Below the pieces are notes generated by a model. The model saw only the letters and a program-made list of their open reading frames with translations. It had not been told where the DNA came from and did no database searches. A DNA stretch of 64,000 nucleotides, taken from the NCBI RefSeq assembly GCF_009834535.1, contig NC_045697.1:19284001-19348000 (forward strand), read 5' to 3'. Within the stretch, counting starts at the first letter, position 1. Every line of letters begins with the position of its first letter. This document shows positions 24,501 to 36,415 of the stretch, one piece after another. The position numbers and the translations under genes were made by a program. The stretch comes from Camelus ferus. Lineage: Eukaryota.

Positions 24501-26859
24501 AAGGTCAGACTTCAGGAAAGAAAGAGTCCAGGTCCACAACCTGAAGCGCCTGCAGCCCTTCCCCGCTCCTCTGCAGATGATCGTCCTTAATCCTGCAGCA
24601 GGGACCAGCTTGCTCCACATTAATGCTCTCCATGACCTTTCCAACGTCTCCTCGAGAAAAAAGACATTTCCTAAATGTAAATTTCTGAGTAAAAGCTTCA
24701 AATCCACAGTTGCGCTAAAACACCGTTGGAAGCAAAGTGTCCAAGTTCAATCAGATGAAGAGACCATTATCATTAACATCATTACTCTTACCCTCAAGTC
24801 AAAGTTGCCAGTATGTCCAAGTACCAGGGGTTAGGGCTTCAGTGTATCTTTTTGAGGGGATACAATTCGACCCCCAACACCGAGTGTGAGAAGCAAAGCT
24901 TCTGTGGGAAGGTGGTAAGCCAGCCTCCTGTGCTTCACATAAGCCGAGCTCCGAGTGTCTCCCAGCTGTTATGGCCCGTACGTTCTCTCTGCCAGAGCTT
25001 GGTCCCTGACTTCAAGGACATTGTGGATGGCCCTGCAGTCCAGGCAGAAGGGAAACTGGGTCTGCTGACTGCCAGGACGTGGAGCGCGAGGCAGCTTGAA
25101 AGCTGGTCCCTCTCGGTTGTCCACACTCCAGTTTTGCAGACCTGCTAGGTTTGCTGGGCAGTTAGCAGCGAGGCGGGTACCTGATGCTGGATTTGAGCCT
25201 GTATTCCCATCCCTGAGTGGTCAGCTCTGTTCTCTGCACCTGTCTTTTCTCGTTTCACTGTTTGGTTCCAAGTGGTGCCTCAGGATGAAAAGTAACCCAG
25301 AGGCATGTGGGAAGGCTGAGGTTTGGTCCATGGGGCTCAGAGGTGTTTTCTGACTGCAAATCAGCTTAGGGGAAGCAGAGATTTCTCTGCACTGACTTGG
25401 GACCCAAAGCAAAACATACCGGCTACCAAGTGCAGCCTCTCTGATGTGCAGCCTGCTGCCCAGCAGCCTAGGAAAGCGATGGTTCAGATCGATTGGTGCA
25501 CTTTTTCTAGAAATTTCTGGGGAAACACCTGGGGTGGTATACGTGGTCTTAAACCAAAAAGTACTCTTGCTTCTCTGAGTTGAGTGTTTATAGTATTTTT
25601 TTCTCCCTTAAAACACACTTTGTTTATCTGGATGTGGTTACCTTTCCTTAAAGAGTGTCCTTCTTTAAACAGATTTCCAGTCATTGTGTATTCTGTTCTG
25701 AAGACATGCACTTCTCTGGCCTTTTCCCTGAGTGGGGCCAGCCGATGGAACAGGAAGGTGGCTGAAAGTTTGACTCTAACTCGCATCAGCAGCAGGCCAG
25801 CGTGTTTCCTCCGAGCCAAGCAACTTTTCAATGTATCTGGAAGATGAGGTGCTGCTCAGAGCACCTCTTCCCCGCCCGGCTGGCCCGGCTGGCCTGGTCT
25901 CCCCCGGAGCACTTAGGCGCCGTGCTGAGATGTTAAGTAGTGAGGGTTGCGGGACAGGTTTGTTGCTGTGCTCGGCAAAGCCGACTGCTTTTTACAAACA
26001 CATTAAACATTAATATGTACAGAATGGGCAGTTTTATAGTGCACAAGCACGAGTTTCCTGGACACGGATTTATTTATTTTTTATTAACGTAATCTTAGCA
26101 TGCCGCTTATTTCTCGCGGAGCTCCAGATCTGAAAGGCCTTGGCTGGACCCAATGAATACTTCATGATTCCATTTAAGACCAAGGGAGCCAATAAACTCA
26201 CCTCAATTTACATTTCAGTGGAGTCTTATAAGTAATGCATGCCGCTCACCTCCCAGCCTCTCCTGGACTGCCTTTAACATCTCAGCACATACGTGGCCTT
26301 TTTGGGAGACAGAGAACGGAGAGGTATTCTCTTCAAACTGTTTCCTTTTTCTTTCTTCAGCTCCTTGAATCCCCTGTGGGGTCATGAATAGATAATCGTG
26401 AGGAGCTGGCCGCTGGAAGATACTGCGGGCTCTCCTGTCTCCCCTGGTCAGCCCCTAGTGCCATGGTTTCAGCCATCACTTCCAAGCAAAGCCTTCCAGA
26501 CAGTGTTGCAGTCCCGAGCCAGCCAGCCAGCCCTTGTCCTGAACTTCCCATTGCTTTTGGATTCAAGACAGCTGAGAAGTTTTCATCTCACACCTGACTT
26601 TCTTCGAACCGGAGCCCCAATTTGATTTCTTCATTCCTGTTCCACGGCTGACACTGCTCAGTCAGCTGACCTGGAAGGCATCAGCTGTCCTACCTCGGCC
26701 CCCTTCATCCCCTCCTTCCAGACTCCTGATCCAGGGAGCTACTAACTCTGGGTAGCCCTTCCGGAGGCATGCTCCCTCCACCAGCAGCCGGTGCCGTCTT
26801 TACATGGTGTGAGTCAGATCATGCCACTCTGCTCAGAACCTTCCAGGATTTCCTCTAAC

Positions 26860-27082
26860 TCCTGCCTGAGTTTCCAGCTGCAGACTGCCTGATGGATTTT
26901 AGACTTGCCACTTCTCATAATTGGCAGAATTAGCACGGTTGCATATGCCAATCCTTGAAACAAACATCTCTTCTTATGTATGTATATATGTGTGTGTACA
27001 CCAAATATAAATATAAATATAAACACATATATATATATAAAATCTCCTCTTGGTTCTGTTTCTCTGGAGAACCCTGACTGAT
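26860..27082 (+). mobile_element. ERVL LTR 3' part (MLT2-like)
   Basis: 'cctgagtttccagc...ggattttagacttgcca...' then a TA-rich run and the terminus 'ttggttctgtttctctggagaaccctgactgat'. Confidence 0.85.
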
Positions 27083-27106
27083 TCTGGAATGCCCTTTCTT
27101 AACCAT

Positions 27107-27628
27107 CTGGTGTAAGAGGCTGGCCTCTTACATCATCTTTTTGACACTACTCCGTTGGAAACGTGGAGACTAATTCCTCTCCCCTCAAGTACGGGACCCC
27201 CTGTGTGACTTGCTTCTGCGAATAGAATGCAATGGAAAAGATACGATATGAACTCTGAGGCTAGATTAGAAACGATAATATAGTGTCAACCTCTCTCTCT
27301 CAGAACCCTTGCTCTTGGAATCTTTCCACCGTTTTGTGAGAGAAACCAAGAAGAGAAGCCATGTGAAGCTGCCGCAGCCAGTCGACCCAGCCAAGGTGCC
27401 AGCTGCCAGCCGGCGTCATCTCCAGATGTGAGAGAACAGCTTGGGCGACCAGCCTGCACCCCCGAGCTGCCCCAGTGACACTGCCTGCAGCAGACATGGG
27501 CTGTCCCCACTGAGTCCTGGCCAGGCTGGTGCAAACCAAATGACTATTAGGCATAAAAACAAATGATTACTACTCTTTAAAGATATTATTTGGCAGTTGG
27601 TTTTTATACCGAGAAAGATACCTGGAAC
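27107..27628 (+). mobile_element. MaLR solo LTR (MLT1F/G/H-like)
   Basis: 'tttgacactactccgttggaaacgtggagactaattcctctcccctc...gtgacttgcttctgcgaatagaatgc...gctgtccccactgagtcctggcca'. Confidence 0.8.
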
Positions 27629-29014
27629 CCTGTCTGCTCACGCTGATAGCTTATTATTTTTCTTACTTCTTACTATTTGGAGTGAAATTGTTTATTTACT
27701 AACTTGTTTATTATCTATCTGCTCCATTAAAGTTAAGTTCCGTGGGGGAGGGAAACTTCTCTATCTTGTCTGTTTTTTATCTTCATGCCTTTAAGAGCAC
27801 TTGGCACAGAACAGTCGCCCTGTTTTTCCTTTGTCCCCTCTTCCTCGCTCCCTTCTCTGCCTCAGTCTTCCTTTTTCATCTTTCATCTCTTCTTTCTCTC
27901 TTCATCTCTTGCTCCTGCTTTCTTTCATGTCTTTTAAATAATTTTATTACCTCTAATCACTCAAGTGCGACAAAAACAGTTTTCCTTGTGAAAAATAGAA
28001 CTATTTCCTATAAAGCTAAATTCTCCTTAGCTCAGGCTGCAGCCCTAAGCCTGTCCTCTCCGCACCCCCCACTCCTCTCCTCACCTTTGTCTCCCCTGCC
28101 GGGTCCTTAGAGGAGGGAAGGGGCCCTTCTTCCCACAAGAGCCTCACGTGAGCTTCGCTCATCATCCCTCACAGCCTCGCTCTCCCAGCACAGCCTTCAC
28201 CTTGACGGGATTACTGTCCCCAAGCTCTGTCTCACTGGGAACCTGAGCCTAAATCTTTAGGGGGTCAGGGTTCAAATTCTATGACCTGGAGCTCAGACAC
28301 CCACAATCCGAGCCCTCCGGGCTCCTGGTTCTCCTCCTCTTTAGAAATCAGTCTCCCGCTCCAGCCACCATGGTTTCCTCCCTGCCTCCAAGGGTCCTCT
28401 GGTTTCCCCACGTCTGCACTTCTGCCTTCCGTTCTTCCTGTCCCCAACACGTCCCTGCTTCTGTCCGTCTCCTCAGATGCTGTCCGTTTTCTGAGTCCTC
28501 TGGGGGATCGTCGCTGCCCTTCTCCGAAGGACCCTCCCCCGTGGGCTTTGACCACTCACTGCCTTCTCCCTGCTGCCGTCTTCTGCAGACCGTGGCTCTC
28601 TGTGATGTCCGGTCTCCTCAACTAGACTTCAGGCTCACTGAGAATGGGGACCGTGCTGTTTGTTTCATGTGTTCAGAGACCCAGGACATCTGAGAGGCTT
28701 CTAGAAGGTCCTGCTCCTGTCTCTGTGGTCACCCAGCAGCCCCGGGGAGAGGACAGTTTTGGTGCCCATGGGATCCATGTATGTTTTCTGGACATGGTGG
28801 CCAGGTGGACTGTAGCAGGAGGCAGATTGGTAAGTTTTCTCAGTGTCCTCTTTCTCCCAGCCTCACTCACCTGAGATGGGGGTCCCCAGACTCTGGGCAG
28901 GTATTCTGCTCCATGGAGGCCACCATCAGGTATATCATAAGAGTCACTTGTTAATGGCAGAGTTGTGGCTGCAGGCTCTGCATGCCTTTGATGGGGAGGG
29001 ACTGGGGAGGGGGC

Positions 29015-29560
29015 CTTATTCATCCAATCATTTATTCAACACATTCAGCAGAAATTTATTGAGCACCTGCTGTGGGGCAGGTGCTGTGCTTTGTGCCAGG
29101 GAAGCCGTGGTGAGTAAAACAACACAGCAGGGCCTCGCTGAGTTTACAGTCTAGTGGGAGAGACAGGCAGAAACGTGGCAAGTAGTTCTGATTCAACGGG
29201 CTCAGGGTGGTGCTCGAAATAAGTCAGGGAGTCATGGTCACATGAAAGGCACATGGCTCTAGCTTTGGAGACTAGGGGGAGGCTCCCTAGGAAAAGGCAC
29301 AGGGAGGGTGAGATCTGAGGGATAAAGAGGAGCTTGCCAGATGCAGGGCGGGAGGTGGAGGGGGAAGCACAGCACGGTGGTTTGGAGGAGGGAGGAAGAA
29401 GACAGGGAGGGGAGCACATGAGACCTCAGGCCAGAAAAACCAGCCACGGGACAGGAACTTGGGAGCTGTTCAAAGCTAGACTTACCAGGCGGAATTGTTA
29501 GAACTTGGACTTAGAACTTGGACTTTCTCCCTTAAGGAGTAGGGAGGGAAGGCCAGCAGT
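29015..29560 (-). mobile_element. L2 3' region
   Basis: 'tcatttattcaacacattcagcagaaatttattgagcacctgctgtggggcaggtgctgtgct...gagtttacagtctagtgggagagacag'. Confidence 0.8.
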
Positions 29561-31844
29561 CCTCACCTTGGACACTTGCGCTGTGCCCTGCCAGGCTCCT
29601 CGCAGGTGCGGACTAAGGCACGACGTGCGGGTCATGTCACACGTGGGCACTGGGAGCCCAGGCCAGAGGTTGCCCCTTTGCCCGCGTGGTCAGGCTCTTC
29701 GCGTGCCCCGCTGACCTTGACACCAAGTCTCCTCCCTTCTCAGGCTTCTCCAGGAAGGCCACCCCCATGAGTGAGTGGGGACTGCTGGTGTTTTGTAAAG
29801 GATGCTGGGGTCACAGAGGGGCTCACATAGCAGAGCCCAGAGCGCCGCACACCCTGAGACACGCGTCTCTTTTCTTCCCAGGCTTCTTTGAATGTGCCCT
29901 TGACTTAGAGTCTCTCCCCCACTCCACTTCCTCCCCACCTTCCTTCCCACCCTCCTCCCTTCCCACCTCCCCTCCTCTCAGAAGTAGAGCAGTCACTTTT
30001 CTTATCTCATGCAGAGCAGCCCCACCTGATTCTCTAATCCCAGCACCAGCTGACCTGAGCCCCTGAGTGTGTTTATCAAAGAATTTGCCTGACGAAAGTG
30101 GGTCTCTCCCTGGAGGAGAGATTCTCAGACCAGCTGCTAAAAGAAAAAGCTAATATTATGGCAGGGGAAGATAAAATAAGCCTGGAAACACTGGTGGCTA
30201 GAGAGCCTTACTGGGGTGGTCAGAGCTCTGCACCAGCTGAGGGTAAAGGCTCCCTGGCTTCTGAACACACACCAGCGGCTTTCTCCTGGGCTCTCGATGT
30301 GTTTTGTAGGTAGTGAGCTCACCTGCAGGGAGGGTATGTCACTTTGAACTGGAGTCATGGTCAGTCTGGCCTTTTGTCTATTCTGCTCACTTCCCTTCCT
30401 TTTACTTCCCCTTTTTCATACTTGACATTCAGTATTTATTCACTGAAGGCCTGCCATGTGCTGGGAATTAAACTAGGCATTCACTAGGGAGAGAAGGACG
30501 CTCCGGATGGGTGTAGGGAACTTTAAGAGGACTGCTGCCCGCCGTCCCCTTCTTCCAGAAAGTGCTCGCCTCCCGTTGGCATGGCGACCACCGGCGCCTT
30601 GTGTCCTTCATGAACTGTTTTCTTGGTGGGAATTTCAGTCTTGAGGTAAGAGACGCTGGGCAGCTCCTCTCCTGATCAAGGGGCTCTGTGATTTCAAGCT
30701 CAAGTGCTTGGGGGAGAGCCACGTTTCCCTCAAATGCACTGAAGATGAATGAACCAACACCCAGTGAGAAAGAGATAAGTTTTAGGAAGATAATCCTGGT
30801 GTATCACTCCCCAGGCTCCAGCCGTCCTGAAACTGGGCTGCATCTCTGCCCATCCCACAGTCTGGTTTCTCCGTTTTTCTTTGGAGTTGAGCTAGCAAAT
30901 CTCTTTTTGCCAAAACTGCTTTGAATGGAGATTCTGTCAGTTGCATCCAAACTAATAAAAGAGTAATTAAAATTGGATACGTAAGGTACTTTGCAGTGAA
31001 TGAGCTTCTCTGAAAATTAAGGGAAAGGGGCAAGAGGATTGATGATTTCACATCATTCTGAACCAGTTTAAGCGAGAAGTTCTGTGACGTGCCTGGTGTG
31101 GCATCTGACACATAGCGGTCCCCCATCAGTGTTAATGTCCTCCCTCCCAGCTCCTTATCTTTTCTTCCTGGAAGCCTATTTCAAGTTAGATGCTGGAAGC
31201 CAAAGACATTTTAAAGCAGGTTTTGTGTACCCTTTTCGATTACTAATCTTCTAAGTAGCCTGGGTGATCTAATGCTTCTCTGATGTCCTACTTTTCCGTG
31301 GTCTCAAGCCGAGTCTGCTTAATATATAACCAAAATGATATTGGGAAATCTGAATCACAGAGACATCTAAATGGGGGGCTCTTACTGGGAAGTCATAGTT
31401 TTAAGAGAACAGCTTTTATAGAGAATGCCAATCCTGGGGTTTATAGTGTCTTAGGAACTCAGTTGCTGGCTCTAATCAGAAACTGTTGGATTTAACATGT
31501 GTGAACTTCACAGGTGCTTTATCCAAAGTGATCCCTTGACCAGTTTCTAGAATATTCTAGCCCCCTACCTTTTAAATGCTTTCTTTGTTCTTACGTGGAT
31601 TGCCATTTGTTGATTCCTGACTCCTGTTAACTCTGCATGTTTTGAATAAGTCTTTACACAGGACCAAGTGTTGTCTTTGAACTAGGTCTCCATCTTGCTG
31701 GATAGTTGCTAAGTTACAGACTTCACAAGGTAACTGTTCACTTTCAGAATGAAAACATTTATAACAGAAGCGTTAATTGGGAAAGGAATCAAGAATACTG
31801 TATATGGTAAGAAATAACAGAAAATATATACATATATATGCAAA

Positions 31845-32490
31845 ATCTAGGCCTTTGCAGCCAATTCTGAGTGACAGCTGTCATCAGAAATCCAAGGACA
31901 ATGATGTCTGCACTGAAATCCCCACAAGTGTCCCGGTTTAAGCGATTTAGCAGTTCTAATCGCTATGCATGGCTTGCACATAACAAATAGCTGTAACCTT
32001 TCTGCAAAGTGCCAAGTCAGAAAATGTTAATCCACAGGGAAGCCATGGCGAGGCCGCGGCTCCAACCTAACTGGTAATTCTCATTCTTGTTCTCTGATTT
32101 AAAAGAAAAGAGAGCTCCCTCTCTCTACAGTAGCCCAGCCTCTGTTTGCTGTGTGTGCATTAGTAAAATTGGTCTCCATGATGGTACTTCAACCTGAATT
32201 ACTTAACAGCATCGTTTAGGGCTGCTGCAGAGGGAGAGGAGTCAGCGGGACCAGGGCTCGAGGAAGACGCTAATGGTAATGCTGATTAAGGCTTCTGCAC
32301 TTTGCAAACACGCCTGGTGGTCGCTTAGTGGCAGCCAGCTGCACTGTACACCTGGAAAACAGGCCCTTTGAGCAAGGCTCTTACTGCATTAAGACGACTC
32401 ATTGCGAATTTGCCGAATTCGTTTCCATTCACTCCTCTGGTTCCTCAGGGTAATGACACAATTTGGGCTGATTTTCAAGTGGAGAGCGCT
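31845..32490. promoter_or_regulatory. Candidate conserved enhancer with a TALE-homeodomain palindrome
   Basis: TGACAGCTGTCA at 31872-31883 overlapping TGAGTGACAG at 31868-31877, CCAAT at 31861. Many TAAT/ATTA cores and retained CpGs; repeat-free. Confidence 0.5.
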
Positions 32491-32809
32491 CAGCCTTCCA
32501 ATTCCAAAGTTTGCTTTTTATTTTTTTATTTTGTAAAAGTCATAATAGAGCAGGCAAAGAGGAAAGGAAAAAAGAAAAAGAAAAGATGGCAGAAGAGAAA
32601 TCAAGTGAAGTATCACCAAGCCAGGAGCTGTTTTGTTTGGAGTCTTGGGGGTCTCAGCTCAGGCAGAGGGGTCCTGGGGAGAAAGATCTTAAGGAAAAGA
32701 TTGGAGCCCATGAGGCCTGCTTAGGTGGGGCTCAGGGTGGAAAGCTGCAGGAATGGCCGCGGGGCTTGGGAGGAAGAGTGAGCAACTCGCTTGGGCACCA
32801 AATTAATTA

Positions 32810-33396
32810 ATTAATTTATTAGAAGTATTGTCAGTTTAGTGTTGTGTCAATTTCTGGTGTACAGCATAGGGTTTCAGTCATACATATACATACATATAGT
32901 TGTTTTTGTATTCTTTCTCATTATAGGTTATTACAAGATGCAGAATGTATTTCCCTGAGCTATACAGTAGAAACTTGTTTATCTATTTTATATATAGTAG
33001 TTAGTATCTGCAAATTTCTGACTTCCAATTTATCCCTTCCCATCCCATTTCCTCCTGTAACCATAAGTTTGTTTTCTGTGTCTGTGACTCTGTTTCTGTT
33101 TTATAAATAAGTTCATGTGTGTCTTTTTTTTTAGATCCCACGTGTAAGTGATATGCTATGGTATTTTTCTTTATCTTTCTCGCTTACTTTACTTAGAATG
33201 ACATTCTCTAGGTCCATCCATGTTGCTGCAAATGGCATTATTTTATTATGTTTTATGGCTGAGTAGTATTCCATTGTGTATATGTATACCACAACTTCTT
33301 TATCCAGTCATCTGTTAATGGACATTTAGTCTGTTTCCATGTCTTGGCTATTGTAAATATGCTGCTATAAATATTGGGGTGCAGGTGTCTTTTCGA
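32810..33396 (-). mobile_element. 5'-truncated LINE-1 (ORF2 end + 3'UTR)
   Basis: Same family as 2466-3166: 'gtccatccatgttgctgcaaatggcattattttatt...ttttatggctgagtagtattccattg'. Confidence 0.93.
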
Positions 33397-33534
33397 CAAC
33401 AAGAAATTCTCCATTGTTGAGAGGTCTGAGCAGAGTGTACACAGCCCTGTATCGATAAGAGGACAGTCATGGTGAATTCTGCCTAGACTCCGTGGTGGCC
33501 CCTAAGCTGTTCCCAACTGGAGCCTGTCTTATGC

Positions 33535-33790
33535 TGGAGTTGGAGTGTGGTACAACAGTGGAGGAATGGCCTCAAAATCAGTTGGGCAGGGTGGGAACCC
33601 TGGCTTTTCACTGACAGTGAGCGGGGCAAATTACTGAACCTCTCTGAGCCCTGGATTCTATACTTGTGGACTCTAACACTTACCTCACCTTCTAGAATTA
33701 GATGAATCACTGGTGTAGAGCACTTAGCACAGTGTCTGGAGAGGAAATTTAATCCAATATATATAATCTTGAATGATGACATCATAACTA
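33535..33790 (+). mobile_element. MIR SINE
   Basis: 'ggggcaaattactgaacctctctgagccc...gtagagcacttagcacagtgtctgg'. Confidence 0.75.
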
Positions 33791-33910
33791 TCACAAAAGG
33801 TGGAAACTCCACTGAAGTGAGTAACGTAGACGTGTTCTTATCACCTGGGCAACATGGCAGGGCTGGGGGTGGCAGCCACTGGCAGAAAACATGTAGGTGT
33901 GTACTGTGGA

Positions 33911-34108
33911 CCAGGCCTGGGACACAGGTAAGGAGAGGGGAGTCATAAAGTGCAGGGTCAGATCCTGTCTTTATTTAAATTTTTGGTATTTTGCTCATCA
34001 TAGACCTTTTGGTCTCAGTTTTGATTTTTTTTTTTTTAAAATAATACATTGATGTATAATGTATCTTGATTCCTGAGCTTTTTATGCCTTCTTAAATTTG
34101 CTGCCCAA
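33911..34108 (-). mobile_element. hAT MITE (MER96B-like), truncated
   Basis: 'aagtgcagggtcagatcctgtctttatttaaatttttggtattttgctcatcat...tatcttgattcctgagc...cttaaatttgctgccc'. Confidence 0.65.
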
Positions 34109-34109
34109 T

Positions 34110-34301
34110 ATATCTAGAGGGAACTCTAATTTGAAAAGATACTTGCACCCTGATATTTATAGCAGCAATATTTGCAATAGCCAAGACATGGAAACAACCT
34201 AAATATCCATTGATAGATGACTGGATAAAGAAGTTGTGGGATATTAATACAATGGAATACTACTCTGCCATAAAAAAGAATAAAATAATGCCATTTGCAG
34301 C
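34110..34301 (+). mobile_element. Internal LINE-1 ORF2 fragment with no 3'UTR or poly-A
   Basis: ORF 34210.. reads 'DDWIKKLWDINTMEYYSAIKKNKIMPFAA', L1 ORF2 C-terminal motifs, then breaks off. Confidence 0.9.
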
Positions 34302-35469
34302 CTCTGTCAGAGCCCAGCATGTGGCTAGTTCCTGCAGACAGCTCTTTCAGACCCTATATGGAGGGCTATTACTGAAATCTGAGGGTGAACTCTGCAAAAA
34401 GAAACCTTTGAGATTCTAAGTTGCTGCCATGTAATTTTTCAGGGGCACCAGAACTGGCCCTGCAAAATTCCTCCCAGGACCCAGCATTGATCTTTGATTT
34501 TAATGATGTACATTGTAGAACAGAGAACTCCTTCAGCAGGGGTGGTCCACAATGGGGAAATGTCTTCAATGATGATGGGAAAGGCTGCAGCAAATGACAA
34601 CTTTGGGGTGCCTGGAACTTTGGGGGCCAGGTTTGCTCAGTGCTGTTGCTCACTTGAGCTCAGTGAAGGTTGAATGGGAATTTTTTCCCCTCGTCTCTCC
34701 TACCCCAAGTTTCTATTATGCTAAGAAAAGTACTTTAAGCACTGACTATATTTAAAATTTTATGAGATAATACTTGATTGTGCCTGTGATATGAAGCCTG
34801 GGGCAAAGCACTGAATTAGATGCCAAAGAGACAAATACACAAAAAACTTCCATGAATCTTTGGCATGTGTGCATCCACGTCTGCAGGCTCTGTGTTGAGA
34901 AAGCAGACGCCCAAATCTGTGGGGAAAATACAGAGCAGCCCGAATCCTTTAGAAACTTCTGAGCTTGAGTCCTGTCATTTCCAAGGTCAGCACTTCAGGA
35001 ATTCTGCATTTTCAAAACTTGCAACCCAGGTGAAGGAGGGCATGAAATTCAAATCTCTTGTTCTACCATCTCCTGCTGCTTTTGAGCTCAGTAAGAATTT
35101 CAGAACGCCATTCTTTTTCATGCCTCCAGTTTATTCTGCATCACAACCCGAGGCAGCACCAACATGTAAAGGATGATTCCGCAGATTGTAGCCACCATGC
35201 TGTTTCCCATGTCTGACAAGCCGAGGGCAGTGAGAGGCTGCGGTGGGGGCAGCGGGAAGAAAGGAAAGGCGGGGCTCCAAAGGGACCAGAGGGAGGTTAT
35301 GGGAAACGAGACTCTCCTTTCTGTAAATCTGTACGCACAGTGGAAATATGTTGTTTTGTTTGCCCAGTGTCACTCTGGTGCATCACTCCTCTGCTACTGT
35401 ATGTTTCTGAAGGTGTGAAAAAAACCACGCACAGGTAACTTCCCTTTACCCCACCTCCCACCACCCCAG

Positions 35470-35896
35470 AGCCATACTGCGCCCTTAGCCTCTCTGCCTG
35501 GGAGGCTGAGCTGCAGAACTCTCATCACCTGGGCTCCCTTCTCTAAGGCATCTGATTAGATTCATCCAATGGGAGGCACTGAGAGGAGATGGGAGCTGGG
35601 AGAGTGAGGTGACTCCTTGGGCTCCCCCCTTCCTGGGTTCATTCCTCACCAAAACTCCCAGCTCTGTTCCTACACATGCCCTCAATTTACACTGGTGAGA
35701 AAATCTGGAAACTGTCTCTCCTTATGCCCTCTGCCTGGGAAGTGACAGCTTCTGGCCACACCTGGGGCCCTGCGTCAGCCCTCATCAGTTTCCCCTCCCT
35801 GGTCCGCGCCTTTGTAAACAGCCCCTTTATTTAACTCTCCTCTGTTGTCCCACTGAGTGCACAATCTGTTTCTTATTGTCATCTTGACAGATACAC
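35470..35896 (+). mobile_element. ERVL solo LTR (LTR33/LTR16 group)
   Basis: 'ctctgcctgggaggctga...ccaatgggaggcactgagaggagat' and the terminus 'tttgtaaacagcccctttatttaactctcc...tgagtgcacaatctgtttc...tgacagataca'. Confidence 0.75.
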
Positions 35897-35977
35897 ACTG
35901 CATCTCACTCGCCCTCAGTATCTCTCTAAAATTAAAACCAACCCCCCTGGACAAGCGGATGACCCAGGTTGGCCCCG

Positions 35978-36415
35978 TCATTCATGCAGAGATGGTTATT
36001 GACTATTTCTTAGAAGCCAGTTCTGTTCTGGGCATTAGGAACACATGGGTCAATGGCAGACCCTGCCTCTGTCCTCATGGCTTTTATATCCTAATGGGAG
36101 AGACTTAAAAAAGTCCTCCTCCGTTTTCTTTTACTCATCCTCCATTCTTCTTCTTCACTTCCTCAGGGAGACTGTCCTTAAACCCTAGGTCAGGTCAGGT
36201 CTCCTTGATAAATATTTTCCTAGTGCTGCCTTTCCAACTCTGTCTGCAATTGTGTGTGTGTGTGTGTATTTAAAAATATAAATTTTAAATCATTCTTCTA
36301 AATCTTCAGCTCTGTGAGTGGAAGGTCTGGGGCTGTCCTGTTCATCACTGCACCCTAATGTCCGTCATGGTCCTCAGCACAGAGCGGACCCTCGGTAAGT
36401 GTTTCTAGAATAGAC
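35978..36415. mobile_element. Two L2 remnants in opposite orientations
   Basis: Minus copy 'tcattcatgcag...ttattgactatt...ctgttctgggcattaggaacaca' (35978-36110). Plus copy 'cagctctgtgagtggaagg...tgttcatcactgcaccct' (36140-36415), with a short (TG)n. Confidence 0.6.

Noticed and set aside
29711..29776. Second microexon-like AG...GTGAGT configuration
   Set aside because: Weaker donor context and no supporting partner exons; likely chance.
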